From the NCBI GenBank assembly GCA_018674175.1, contig JABHAT010000029.1, forward strand, positions 57,761 through 121,760: DNA of 64,000 bases, in the 5' to 3' direction. The translations under genes were made by a program, and so were the position numbers. The notes beneath the pieces were generated by a model that searched no databases, was not told where the DNA came from, and saw only the letters and a list, made by a program, of their open reading frames with translations. The DNA is from Gammaproteobacteria bacterium. Lineage in GTDB: Bacteria; Pseudomonadota; Gammaproteobacteria; Poriferisulfidales; GCA-002705445. Positions 21,031-29,960 of the stretch are shown in pieces (positions within the stretch are counted from its first letter, which is position 1; each line of letters opens with the position of its first letter).

Positions 21031-22056
21031 ATGATAAAACTTAATAATTTTTTAATGATCGTCATTACAACAACACTTGCTGTAATTACATTAGGCGCTT
21101 ATGTTAGGCTTTCGCATGCCGGCCTAGGGTGTCCTGATTGGCCTGGGTGTTATGGCTATCTAATTGGTGTTCCAGATAATGCTATTGAAATTTCAAATGC
21201 TGAGGCTAATTATGATGGTGCTAACGTTGATATTGGCAAGGCATGGAAGGAAATGATTCATAGATATCTTGCTGGGTTTTTAGGTATATTTATATTTGCT
21301 ATATCTTACATATTTTATAAAAATAACACATCGAAACTTTTCAAATTATCCATAGTATTATCTTTGTTAGTAATTATGCAGGCAACTCTTGGAATGCTGA
21401 CTGTTACTTTGCAGCTTCAGCCGGTAATAGTTTTAACACATCTTCTTGGTGGGTTAACGATCATATCTTTATTATGGATAATGTTCTTAAGGTATAACAA
21501 AAATAGCTACTTCAATGAAACTGAGTTATTAGCTAATATTTCTACAAAACAGATAAAAAAGTTATCTATTTTTGGTTATGTAACTCTAGCAATTTTAATT
21601 ATACAAATAATTCTTGGTGGCTGGACAAGCACAAATTATGCAGCTTTGGCTTGTGCGGATTTTCCAAGGTGTAATAACTCATGGTGGCCACAAATGGATT
21701 TTTACAGTGCTTTTGTAGTAGAGCTTGCAACAAATTTAAATTATGAATTTGGTAGGCTTGATAGTCCAGCAAGAGTAGCAATTCATTTTACTCATAGAGC
21801 ATGGGCAATAATAACTGCGGTTTCAATATTAATATTAGCAATAATATCTTATAAAACTATAGTAGTCGCATATCAAAAAATTATTTCAATTTTACTAATT
21901 TTCTTTCTTTTTGTTCAAATTATACTGGGTATATTAAATATTAAAATGAGCCTACCCATATATATAGCAGTTGCTCACAATGGTAATGCAGCATTACTTT
22001 TAATGTGTTTAATTACTCAGTTATATTTAATAAGAAATGTAAAAAATAATTTATAG
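21031..22056 (+). CDS. ctaA: Heme A synthase (COX15/CtaA)
   Basis: AGLGCPDWPGCYG, EMIHRY, HLLGG, HRAWA, HNGNA. Confidence 0.93.
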   Translation: MIKLNNFLMIVITTTLAVITLGAYVRLSHAGLGCPDWPGCYGYLIGVPDNAIEISNAEANYDGANVDIGKAWKEMIHRYLAGFLGIFIFAISYIFYKNNTSKLFKLSIVLSLLVIMQATLGMLTVTLQLQPVIVLTHLLGGLTIISLLWIMFLRYNKNSYFNETELLANISTKQIKKLSIFGYVTLAILIIQIILGGWTSTNYAALACADFPRCNNSWWPQMDFYSAFVVELATNLNYEFGRLDSPARVAIHFTHRAWAIITAVSILILAIISYKTIVVAYQKIISILLIFFLFVQIILGILNIKMSLPIYIAVAHNGNAALLLMCLITQLYLIRNVKNNL

Positions 22057-22063
22057 AGACAGC

Positions 22064-22960
22064 ATGTTTAATTTTAAAATTTACAGAGCATACCTAGAAT
22101 CCTCAAAGCTTAGAGTTGTTGCTTTAATGATTTTCACATCTTTTATAGGAATGCTCTTAGCTAATCCTTTGTCTTTAAATTTTGAAGTTCTAATTTTAGG
22201 TAATTTAGGAATTGCTTTAATGTCGTTATCTGCTGGTTCAATTAATCAATTATTAGATCAAAGAATAGATAAAATTATGCAGAGAACAAAAAAAAGACCA
22301 TTAGTATCAGGAATACTGTCTACTAAAAATGTTATTATTTATGCATCTATTATGGCAATTTTAGGTTTTTGTATTCTATATTTTCGAATTAATACACTAA
22401 CAGCTTGGCTGACACTTGCCTCACTAGTAGGGTATGCTTTTATTTATACTTTATATTTAAAAAGGAGCACTCCTCAAAATATAGTTATTGGAGGTGCCGC
22501 TGGCGCTACACCACCACTACTTGGCTGGACTGCAATGACAGGACAAATTGATTTAATAGCCGTAGTATTATTTTTAATAATATTCACTTGGACTCCCCCA
22601 CATTTTTGGGCGCTTGCTTTGTATAGAAAAGAAGAGTATTTCGCAGCAAAGATACCTATGCTTCCAGTGACTCATGGCGAGCAATATACTAGAGTGCATA
22701 TAACTCTATATACTTTAATGTTAACAATAGTTAGTTTCTTGCCATTTATAATTAAATTTTCTAGTTCTTTTTATTTAGCAGGAGCGACGATTTTAAATTT
22801 AATATTCCTGTATTATGTAATAAAAATGCAACTAGCGAAAAATAATTTATTATCAAATAAAATATTTAATTACTCTATAGTTTATTTATCAGCACTGTTT
22901 GGTTTTTTAATAGCAGATAGGTATCTTGTATTACTTATAAATATTAAAAGCTTTCTTTAA
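22064..22960 (+). CDS. cyoE: Protoheme IX farnesyltransferase (heme O synthase)
   Basis: NQLLD..ID..M.RT..RPL, TPQNIVIGG.AGA.PP, WTPPHFWALA. Confidence 0.95.
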   Translation: MFNFKIYRAYLESSKLRVVALMIFTSFIGMLLANPLSLNFEVLILGNLGIALMSLSAGSINQLLDQRIDKIMQRTKKRPLVSGILSTKNVIIYASIMAILGFCILYFRINTLTAWLTLASLVGYAFIYTLYLKRSTPQNIVIGGAAGATPPLLGWTAMTGQIDLIAVVLFLIIFTWTPPHFWALALYRKEEYFAAKIPMLPVTHGEQYTRVHITLYTLMLTIVSFLPFIIKFSSSFYLAGATILNLIFLYYVIKMQLAKNNLLSNKIFNYSIVYLSALFGFLIADRYLVLLINIKSFL

Positions 22961-23780
22961 GTTTTAACATTGATTCGTTTTCAATCTGTCTAATTCTTTC
23001 TCTTGAAACGCCATATTTTTTTGATAAATCTTCTAGTGTTAATTTACTTGTAGAAAGCCATCTACTCTTAACAATATCTTTGCTTCTCTCATCTAGTTTA
23101 TTAATAACTTCATATAGCTTTGTATTTAGTAAATTTTTTTCTTCATTTTCTAAAACTTGATCTGGCTCAAGCTCGCTACTAGTTAAAAATAATGATGGGG
23201 AAGCATTTTCATCATCATTATCTTCAATTGCTAAATCATGATTATTCATTCTTTTTTCCATCTCTATAACATCCTTAAGAGGGACCCCAAGATCTTGAGC
23301 AATAGAAATAACTTCTTTATTACTTAAAGTAGATAATGTGCTTTTTTTAGATCTAAGATTGAAAAATAATTTTCTCTGACTTTTTGTAGTGGCAACCTTC
23401 ACTATTTTCCAGTTTTTAATAACAAACTCATGAATCTCAGATTTTATCCAATAAACTGCAAAAGTTATTAACTTTAAGTTCTTTTCTGGATCGTATTTTT
23501 TTACAGCCTTCATTAAGCCTATATTTCCTTCTTGAACTAAATCATTTAAATTTAGCCCATACCCAGAATAGCTCTTAGCTATATAAATAACATACCTTAG
23601 ATTATGCATAATCAACTTCTTGGCAGACTCTAGGTCATTTGTACTTTGTAAATTTCTACCTAGCGCAACTTCTTCTTCAGTTGTTAGTGGAGGTATCGAC
23701 ATAATATGACTAATGTAAGTATCCAAACTACCTGTTGGTGAAGGTAGTAATGTATTACTAAAATTTAATGTTTTTTCCAT
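22944..23780 (-). CDS. rpoH: RNA polymerase sigma-32 factor
   Basis: DLVQEGNIGLMKAV, RpoH box QRKLFFNLR, VSRERIRQIE. Confidence 0.95.
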   Translation of the reverse strand: MEKTLNFSNTLLPSPTGSLDTYISHIMSIPPLTTEEEVALGRNLQSTNDLESAKKLIMHNLRYVIYIAKSYSGYGLNLNDLVQEGNIGLMKAVKKYDPEKNLKLITFAVYWIKSEIHEFVIKNWKIVKVATTKSQRKLFFNLRSKKSTLSTLSNKEVISIAQDLGVPLKDVIEMEKRMNNHDLAIEDNDDENASPSLFLTSSELEPDQVLENEEKNLLNTKLYEVINKLDERSKDIVKSRWLSTSKLTLEDLSKKYGVSRERIRQIENESMLKLKESF

Positions 23781-23801
23781 AGCTTTAATAACTCTTAATA
23801 A

Positions 23802-23828
23802 TTAGCACTCATTATACAAGAGTGCCAA
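23802..23828. promoter_or_regulatory. CIRCE operator (HrcA binding site) upstream of rpoH
   Basis: TTAGCACTC-attatacaa-GAGTGCCAA matches TTAGCACTC-N9-GAGTGCTAA at 17/18 positions; 21 bp separate it from the rpoH start. Confidence 0.92.
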
Positions 23829-24119
23829 AAATTATCAATAATAGGAATAAATACTTTTAAAAACAACAACTTATTTTACTTAAAAGATTAATTTATATAA
23901 AATTATTTTGTATTTTACTTATATTGCTAATATCAATAATAATATGAAAATATAAAAAATCACTATCTACAAAAGATATACTTTAAAATAATTATTTTAA
24001 TTAAATTATAAGATATTTATAAGAATTGCAAAGCTTTAAAACTTATTTGCAAACTATATATATGTTATATTAGAAACCGTTTTAATATTATAAATAATTT
24101 TTTTTAAAAGGTAAGATTT

Positions 24120-25466
24120 GTGAAATTTTTATACAAAAACAATATTTCGAGATATTTTTTTATTTTCAATATTTCAATAATATTTTTACTATCTTTTGAT
24201 GTGAGGGCTGAGATTATGGAAAAAACACTAGATAATGGTATGCACGTCATCTTGAAAAAAGATAAAAGAGCTCCAGTAGTTACCAGTCATATTTGGTATA
24301 AGATTGGATCAGCAGATGAGGTAAGCGGCAAAACTGGGTTATCTCACGCTTTAGAACATATGATGTTTAAGGGTACCAAGAAAAACCCAGGAGGATTATT
24401 TTCCGAGGTAATTGCAAAATTAGGTGGTAAAGAGAATGCATTTACGAGCAAAGACTATACTGCATATTATCAAACACTACCTTCACAATATTTAGAAGAA
24501 GCAATAAAATTTGAATCTGACAGAATGACAAATTTGGTAGTTAGTAAGGACGATTTTCTAAAAGAGATAGAAGTTATAAAAGAAGAAAGAAGGCTAAGAA
24601 CTGATGATCAGCCAGAGGGTATAGCTTATGAACAGCTTTATGCAAGTGCTTATAACAATAGTTCATATCATGACCCTATTATTGGTTGGATGGAAGATCT
24701 TCATAACATGACAGAAGAAGATATAATTAATTGGTATAAAAATTGGTATGCACCAAATAACGCTACGGCAGTTATAGTTGGTGATATTAATTTTGATGAA
24801 ACTTTTAAAATGGTTGAAAAATATTATGGGTCAAAAAAGAAAGTTGATATCAAAAAAAGAATTGAAAGAAATGAGCCGGTTCAATTTGGTGAAAAAAATA
24901 TTTCTATAGTGATAAAAGATAAACCATCTTATTTAATAACGGGCTACAAAGTACCAAGTATAAATACGAAAAATATAGAAAAGTGGGAATGTTATGCATT
25001 GTCAGTATTATCAGGAGTCTTAAGTAGTGGTCAAAACTCTCGCTTTCAAAAAATATTAATCAAAGATAAGAAAATAGCAAGTTATGCAGACTCTGGTTAT
25101 TCTATGTTTTCAAGAAATGAACCGCTGTTTCTCATAGATGTAAATCCAATGTTAGGAAAAAATATTAGTGATATAGAAATTGAATTAAATAAAATTATTA
25201 ACGAGCTTAAAACAAAATTGGTTAGCCAAAAAGAATTAGATAGAATAAAGGCGCAAGTTTTAGCTTCAGAAATTTATCAGCAAGATTCAATTGATTACCA
25301 AGCTAGAATATTAGGAATGGCTAAAACTTCAATTGGAGATACTAATATTATAAAAGAATATACCTCGAATATTGGATCTGTAACTGCATCACAAGTTAGG
25401 AAAGTTGCAAAAAAATATTTAGTTGCTAATTTAAAAACAACAGTCAAAGTAAATGATGATAAATAG
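24120..25466 (+). CDS. M16 family zinc peptidase (active subunit)
   Basis: HxxEH motif (SHALEHMMFKGT), NAFTS.DYT.Y. Confidence 0.93.
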   Translation: MKFLYKNNISRYFFIFNISIIFLLSFDVRAEIMEKTLDNGMHVILKKDKRAPVVTSHIWYKIGSADEVSGKTGLSHALEHMMFKGTKKNPGGLFSEVIAKLGGKENAFTSKDYTAYYQTLPSQYLEEAIKFESDRMTNLVVSKDDFLKEIEVIKEERRLRTDDQPEGIAYEQLYASAYNNSSYHDPIIGWMEDLHNMTEEDIINWYKNWYAPNNATAVIVGDINFDETFKMVEKYYGSKKKVDIKKRIERNEPVQFGEKNISIVIKDKPSYLITGYKVPSINTKNIEKWECYALSVLSGVLSSGQNSRFQKILIKDKKIASYADSGYSMFSRNEPLFLIDVNPMLGKNISDIEIELNKIINELKTKLVSQKELDRIKAQVLASEIYQQDSIDYQARILGMAKTSIGDTNIIKEYTSNIGSVTASQVRKVAKKYLVANLKTTVKVNDDK

Positions 25467-25468
25467 AA

Positions 25469-26788
25469 ATGAATATAATACCTAAACTAATTTCACTATT
25501 AATAATTATGACAATATCAAATGTAACGCAAGCGAACGTAGAGATATCAAAATACATTACCAAAAACGGTATAAAAGTTTTATATAGTAAATCTGGAAAT
25601 ATACCAATGATTGACATTAGGATTACTTTTGACGCAGGATCTAATAAAGACGGTGATTTAAAAGGTATTTCAATGTTGACTCATAGTCTTTTAGATGAAG
25701 GAACTTCAAAAAGGGATGCAGAATCAATTGCTTCTGTTTTTGAGTCGAATGGCTCAGTCTTTAATACTTCTGTAAATAAAGATAAGTCATCAATTTCTTT
25801 AAGGTCTCTTACAGAAAAAAAATATTTAAATCCATCAATAAAGATGTTCTTAAGTATTTTGTCAGACAGTGTATTTCCAAAAAATGAAACGCAACTTCAA
25901 AAAGATAGAACATTGACATCTATAGTTGAAGATGAAACAGATGCTGCAGAGGTAGCATCAAGCTTATTTTTTAAGGAAATATATAGTGACTATCCTTATG
26001 CATACAATACTATTGGACAAAAAAATACTGTTAAAAAAATCACACGAAAAGATATTCTTAATTTTTATAAAAAAAATATTAATATTGGCAATGCCAGCAT
26101 AGTAATTGTTTCTTCGCTCCCAAAAAAAGAAGTTATTGATATATCAGAAAAAATATCAAAGTCTTTAAATTTAACCGCAAAAGAAAATTTTGAAGATAAA
26201 GTTTTATCCGACATAAATAAAGAAAAAAACATTTATAAGAGATTTAGTTCTGAGCAAGCCCATATTTATATTGGTGGTTTATCAATAGAGCGAGGTTCTA
26301 AAAATCATTTACCACTTTATGTAGGAAACTACATTTTTGGTGGAAGTGGTTTTAGTGCAAGACTTATGCAGGAACTAAGAGTAAAGAGAGGATTAACATA
26401 TGGTGTTTATAGTTATATACATCCTATGAAAAACACAGGGCCTTTTGTAATTGGGATTGAAACAAAATCTGAGCAAGCGCAAGAATCAGTTAAACTAATT
26501 CACAAAATGTTAAGAGAATTTTATAAAAATGGACCTACTGACAAAGAGCTAAAACATGCAAAGCAATCAATTATCAATGGTTTTCCTCTAATGATAGATA
26601 GTAATAGTGATGTTTTAAATTACCTGTCTTTAATAAATTACTATAATCTACCGCAAGATTACTTAAATACATTTACTTCAAGAATTTCTAATATCACGAA
26701 AAAAGATATTATGAAATCATTTAAAGATGAGATAGATGTAAATAAGCTAATTACTTTAGTAGTTGGAAATGAAAAAGCAAAAAAATAG
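25469..26788 (+). CDS. M16 family peptidase (partner subunit lacking HxxEH)
   Basis: FDAGS, LLDEGT, GG.GF.ARL..ELR..RGLTY. Confidence 0.9.
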   Translation: MNIIPKLISLLIIMTISNVTQANVEISKYITKNGIKVLYSKSGNIPMIDIRITFDAGSNKDGDLKGISMLTHSLLDEGTSKRDAESIASVFESNGSVFNTSVNKDKSSISLRSLTEKKYLNPSIKMFLSILSDSVFPKNETQLQKDRTLTSIVEDETDAAEVASSLFFKEIYSDYPYAYNTIGQKNTVKKITRKDILNFYKKNINIGNASIVIVSSLPKKEVIDISEKISKSLNLTAKENFEDKVLSDINKEKNIYKRFSSEQAHIYIGGLSIERGSKNHLPLYVGNYIFGGSGFSARLMQELRVKRGLTYGVYSYIHPMKNTGPFVIGIETKSEQAQESVKLIHKMLREFYKNGPTDKELKHAKQSIINGFPLMIDSNSDVLNYLSLINYYNLPQDYLNTFTSRISNITKKDIMKSFKDEIDVNKLITLVVGNEKAKK

Positions 26789-27365
26789 CACTGCTAATTT
26801 GCAAGTTAAAATAATAGCAGGATCACTAAAAGGAAGAAATATTAGATTCCTTGAAAAGAAAGACTTAAGACCAACAAAAAATCAAATAAGAGAAACTCTT
26901 TTTAATTGGTTGCAATATGACCTAGATAACTCGGTATGCATTGATTTATTCTCTGGTAGTGGTGCATTAGGCTTTGAGGCTGCCTCTAGAGGGGCAAAAA
27001 AAGTACATATGGTTGACCATGATTCTGATGTTGTAAGGTGTTTAAAAGACAACAAAGATAACCTAAAAGTTGAAAATGTAACCCTTTATAATAATAATGC
27101 TGAAGATTTTATTAAAAATTTTAAAGATAAAGTTGATCTTATTTTCTTGGATCCTCCTTTCTCAGAAAATATTATTAATGTAATCATTCATTATTTAAGT
27201 TTATCTCAAATATTTAATGACAAATGTAAAATTTATATTGAAGTCCAATTACAGAAAAATCTAGAGGATACTATTTACAAGCCTAAAAGTTGGGAATTAT
27301 TAAAAAGTAGTAAATCTGGCGATGTTGCTTACCTTCTCTATCAGCATAATAATTCTATGATATAA
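26769..27365 (+). CDS. rsmD: 16S rRNA m2G966 methyltransferase
   Basis: LRPT...RETLFNWL, DLFSGSGALGFEA.SRGA, FLDPPF. Confidence 0.95.
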   Translation: MKKQKNSTANLQVKIIAGSLKGRNIRFLEKKDLRPTKNQIRETLFNWLQYDLDNSVCIDLFSGSGALGFEAASRGAKKVHMVDHDSDVVRCLKDNKDNLKVENVTLYNNNAEDFIKNFKDKVDLIFLDPPFSENIINVIIHYLSLSQIFNDKCKIYIEVQLQKNLEDTIYKPKSWELLKSSKSGDVAYLLYQHNNSMI

Positions 27366-27398
27366 TTTATCTAATTTAATAGAATTTTGGTAAATATA

Positions 27399-27878
27399 AT
27401 GAATATTGCTGTATATCCTGGAACATTTGATCCATTCACGAATGGTCATAGAGACTTGGTACAAAGAGCAGCATCAAATATATTTGATAAAGTCTATATA
27501 TGTGTCGTAGAGAATTCTAATAAAAATACTGTTTTTTCATTAGAAGAAAGAGTTGTTCTTGCAAAGAAATCTCTGGAAAATATAAAAAATATTGAGGTTA
27601 TTCCTTTCAGTGGTCTTTTAGTAGACTTTGCCACCAAATTAAATGCTAAAGTAATATTGAGAGGTCTACGAGTAGTTTCAGACTTTGAGTATGAATTTCA
27701 AATGTCGAGCATGAACAAAAAACTTAATAATAATATTGAGTCTATCTTTTTAACTCCCTCAGAATCTTATGCATTTTTATCATCTTCTTTGGTAAAGGAA
27801 ATTGCCCAGCTTGGTGGTGACGTATCAACATTTGTTAACGAAGATGTAAAAAAAGCGTTAGAAAGAAAATATAAATAA
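27399..27878 (+). CDS. coaD: Phosphopantetheine adenylyltransferase
   Basis: YPGTFDPFTNGH, RGLR..SDFEYE, SSSLVKE. Confidence 0.97.
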   Translation: MNIAVYPGTFDPFTNGHRDLVQRAASNIFDKVYICVVENSNKNTVFSLEERVVLAKKSLENIKNIEVIPFSGLLVDFATKLNAKVILRGLRVVSDFEYEFQMSSMNKKLNNNIESIFLTPSESYAFLSSSLVKEIAQLGGDVSTFVNEDVKKALERKYK

Positions 27879-27892
27879 ACAGAACAATTCAT

Positions 27893-27920
27893 TTGACATA
27901 TTATATATATATATTATAAT
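27893..27920 (+). promoter_or_regulatory. Near-consensus sigma70 promoter
   Basis: TTGACA (27893-27898), 16-bp spacer, TATAAT (27915-27920). Confidence 0.7.
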
Positions 27921-27930
27921 ATTCTAATAT

Positions 27931-27957
27931 ATTATTATTATTATTATTATTATTATT
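27931..27957. repeat. (ATT)9 trinucleotide microsatellite
   Basis: Nine perfect ATT units read directly from the sequence. Confidence 0.95.
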
Positions 27958-27975
27958 TAAAAGTGGAAGGTTATT

Positions 27976-28053
27976 ATGTTAGAACTAGTTATTATGCTTG
28001 CTGTTTGGTCAGTAGCTTCAATATGTCTATACAAACAGTGTTTGGGTAAGTAA
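27976..28053 (+). CDS. Putative small hydrophobic peptide (25 aa, not in ORF track)
   Basis: GGAAGG RBS 5 nt before ATG; MLELVIMLAVWSVASICLYKQCLGK; own promoter and downstream hairpin. Confidence 0.55.
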   Translation: MLELVIMLAVWSVASICLYKQCLGK

Positions 28054-28071
28054 TTGTTTTTTTTAGGAATT

Positions 28072-28097
28072 GAAAGCCAAGGATGGCTTTCTTCTTC
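28072..28097 (+). terminator. Stem-loop GAAAGCCA-AGGA-TGGCTTTC (weak terminator or CsrA-type site)
   Basis: Perfect 8-bp stem with an AGGA loop, followed by TTCTTC. Confidence 0.5.
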
Positions 28098-28180
28098 AAA
28101 TTTAAGTTAGTCCTCCTTAATTTATGTAATCAACAATAGTTTAGTTGACTCAACACTACTAAACTTGCGATTATATCGCT

Positions 28181-28231
28181 TTGACTACATACCTTTATTT
28201 GATATAGTAAAAAATCCCTATAAGGGGATTT
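28181..28231 (+). promoter_or_regulatory. Sigma70 promoter and 5' stem-loop of the lipoprotein mRNA
   Basis: TTGACT-N16-TATAGT with an extended-10 TG, then an AAATCCCT...GGGGATTT hairpin; GGAGG RBS follows. Confidence 0.55.
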
Positions 28232-28263
28232 AAGCTTAAATAATAATAAAGGAGGCTCGGATA

Positions 28264-28446
28264 ATGAGAAAAATAAAAACACTTCTAGGTTTATTTGTTG
28301 CGGTATTACTTTCAGGTTGTGCAGCAGATCAAGCGTTACTAGATAGATTAGAGTTAGTTGAAGAAACAGCAAAACAAGCTATTTCATGTTGTGATGCTAA
28401 TTCTCATAGAATGAATAAAATGTTCTATGATGCACAAAAGAAATAG
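28264..28446 (+). CDS. Lpp/OprI-like alanine-zipper outer-membrane lipoprotein
   Basis: Lipobox LLSG-C, short coiled coil, ...CCDAN..RMNKMF...KK with C-terminal Lys; strong RBS. Confidence 0.75.
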   Translation: MRKIKTLLGLFVAVLLSGCAADQALLDRLELVEETAKQAISCCDANSHRMNKMFYDAQKK

Positions 28447-28451
28447 TTAGT

Positions 28452-29270
28452 TTATTTCTGACAATTCTTACAATAGAAACTCGACCTTTGGTTAATTTTT
28501 ACTTGTAGAATGTCGCTTTGACATATGTGGCAGGGCTGAGAAGTTCTGCCATATACTTTAAAATCAAATTGAAAATATCCACTCTTACCATCCACACTAA
28601 TATAATCATTTATTGAAGAACCGCCTTTTTTTATTGCTTCTTTTAATACTTCTTTAATAGAATTTACTAAATCACTGCAATTTTTCTTAGTTAATTTCTT
28701 AGAAACCTTACTTGGTTTAATGCCCGACAGAAATAAAGATTCAGAGGCATAAATATTTCCTATTCCAACAACAATATTTGCATTCATTAAAAGAGATTTG
28801 ATAGCAATGTTTCTATTTCTAGTTTTTGAAAATAGATATTCTTTGTTAAAATATTTACCCAGAGGTTCTGGTCCTAGGTTAATTAATAGTCTGTGAGATA
28901 ATATAGGTGATTCAAGAGAATAAAAAATCATTCCAAACTTTCTTGGGTCATTAAATCTAAGTATTTTATTAGAACTTAATTGTATTTCAAAATGATCATG
29001 TTTCATTCTCGGATCTTTTTTGCTGGCTATTCTTAAAGTTCCAGTCATACCAAGATGTATAGTTAAATAAAAATTTTTTCCAGAAATAATTATATATTTT
29101 GCTCTTCTTGTAATTTCAAGAATTTTTACATTAATAATTTTTTTGGCTAAATCCTTTTGGAGTTCCCATCGGAGTTTTTTTACAGAGACTGAACATGCTG
29201 TAATTTTTTTATGAAGTAAATATGGTTTTATACCATCTGCAGTTGTTTGTACTTCAGGAAGTTCTGGCAT
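28452..29270 (-). CDS. mutM: Formamidopyrimidine-DNA glycosylase
   Basis: MPELPEV, HLGMTG, DPRKFG, GIGNIYA.E.LF, C-terminal zinc finger. Confidence 0.97.
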   Translation of the reverse strand: MPELPEVQTTADGIKPYLLHKKITACSVSVKKLRWELQKDLAKKIINVKILEITRRAKYIIISGKNFYLTIHLGMTGTLRIASKKDPRMKHDHFEIQLSSNKILRFNDPRKFGMIFYSLESPILSHRLLINLGPEPLGKYFNKEYLFSKTRNRNIAIKSLLMNANIVVGIGNIYASESLFLSGIKPSKVSKKLTKKNCSDLVNSIKEVLKEAIKKGGSSINDYISVDGKSGYFQFDFKVYGRTSQPCHICQSDILQVKINQRSSFYCKNCQK

Positions 29271-29918
29271 TTAAGTTAAGTATTTTATTAAATTAGAATC
29301 AATCTCTTCATTATAACCCAATCTAAAAATTGGTATATCAGTATAGTTAGATAGTTCGGCATAGTTGTCTAATGGTGTTTCTTTCTTAATATCATTTAAA
29401 ATAATAAATTTAATTTTTAAATCTAAGTTTTTGATTGCTTCTATAGATAGTAAAGTATGATTTATACATCCTAATGTATTTTTAACAACTAAGATTATTG
29501 GTAATTTAAGTTCAGTAGCAAGATCAGATGTTAGTTTATTTTTAGCAATTGGAGAAAAAAACCCTCCACAGCCTTCCACTAGATTAATACAATTTGAATT
29601 CTTAGATTTATTGTCTCTTATGAAACTAATTATATCTTCGAGTTCTATGTTTCTATTTTCCATTTCTGCGGCTTTTGGTGGAGACGCGTATGCTTTGAAC
29701 ATATATTTACATATCTTATCTAATGGTGCGTTTTCAAGAATAGAAAATTTAGTTGCGTCTTTTGGAATTATTTCGTTGTTAGGCTCTACACAACCAGACT
29801 CTACAGGTTTTAAAAAATGAAATTCTGTCTTATTCTTAATCAGTAATTCTCCAAATTTAAGCATAAACCATGTTTTTCCAACATCAGTATCTGTTCCTGT
29901 TACCAAGAAACCCTTCAT
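29271..29918 (-). CDS. bioD: Dethiobiotin synthase
   Basis: [31 protein letters not shown]; start set to ATG 29918. Confidence 0.95.
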   Translation of the reverse strand: MKGFLVTGTDTDVGKTWFMLKFGELLIKNKTEFHFLKPVESGCVEPNNEIIPKDATKFSILENAPLDKICKYMFKAYASPPKAAEMENRNIELEDIISFIRDNKSKNSNCINLVEGCGGFFSPIAKNKLTSDLATELKLPIILVVKNTLGCINHTLLSIEAIKNLDLKIKFIILNDIKKETPLDNYAELSNYTDIPIFRLGYNEEIDSNLIKYLT

Positions 29919-29960
29919 AAAAACTCCCAATTATTAAATGTTCATGTGATAATAATACAC

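Noticed and set aside
24026-24052. TTGCAAA-N13-TTTGCAA inverted repeat upstream of the M16 peptidase
   Set aside because: Short and AT-rich; could be chance or promoter elements, and no regulator can be assigned
28130-28372. 80-aa minus-strand ORF
   Set aside because: Overlaps the better-supported lipoprotein gene and its promoter; no recognisable features
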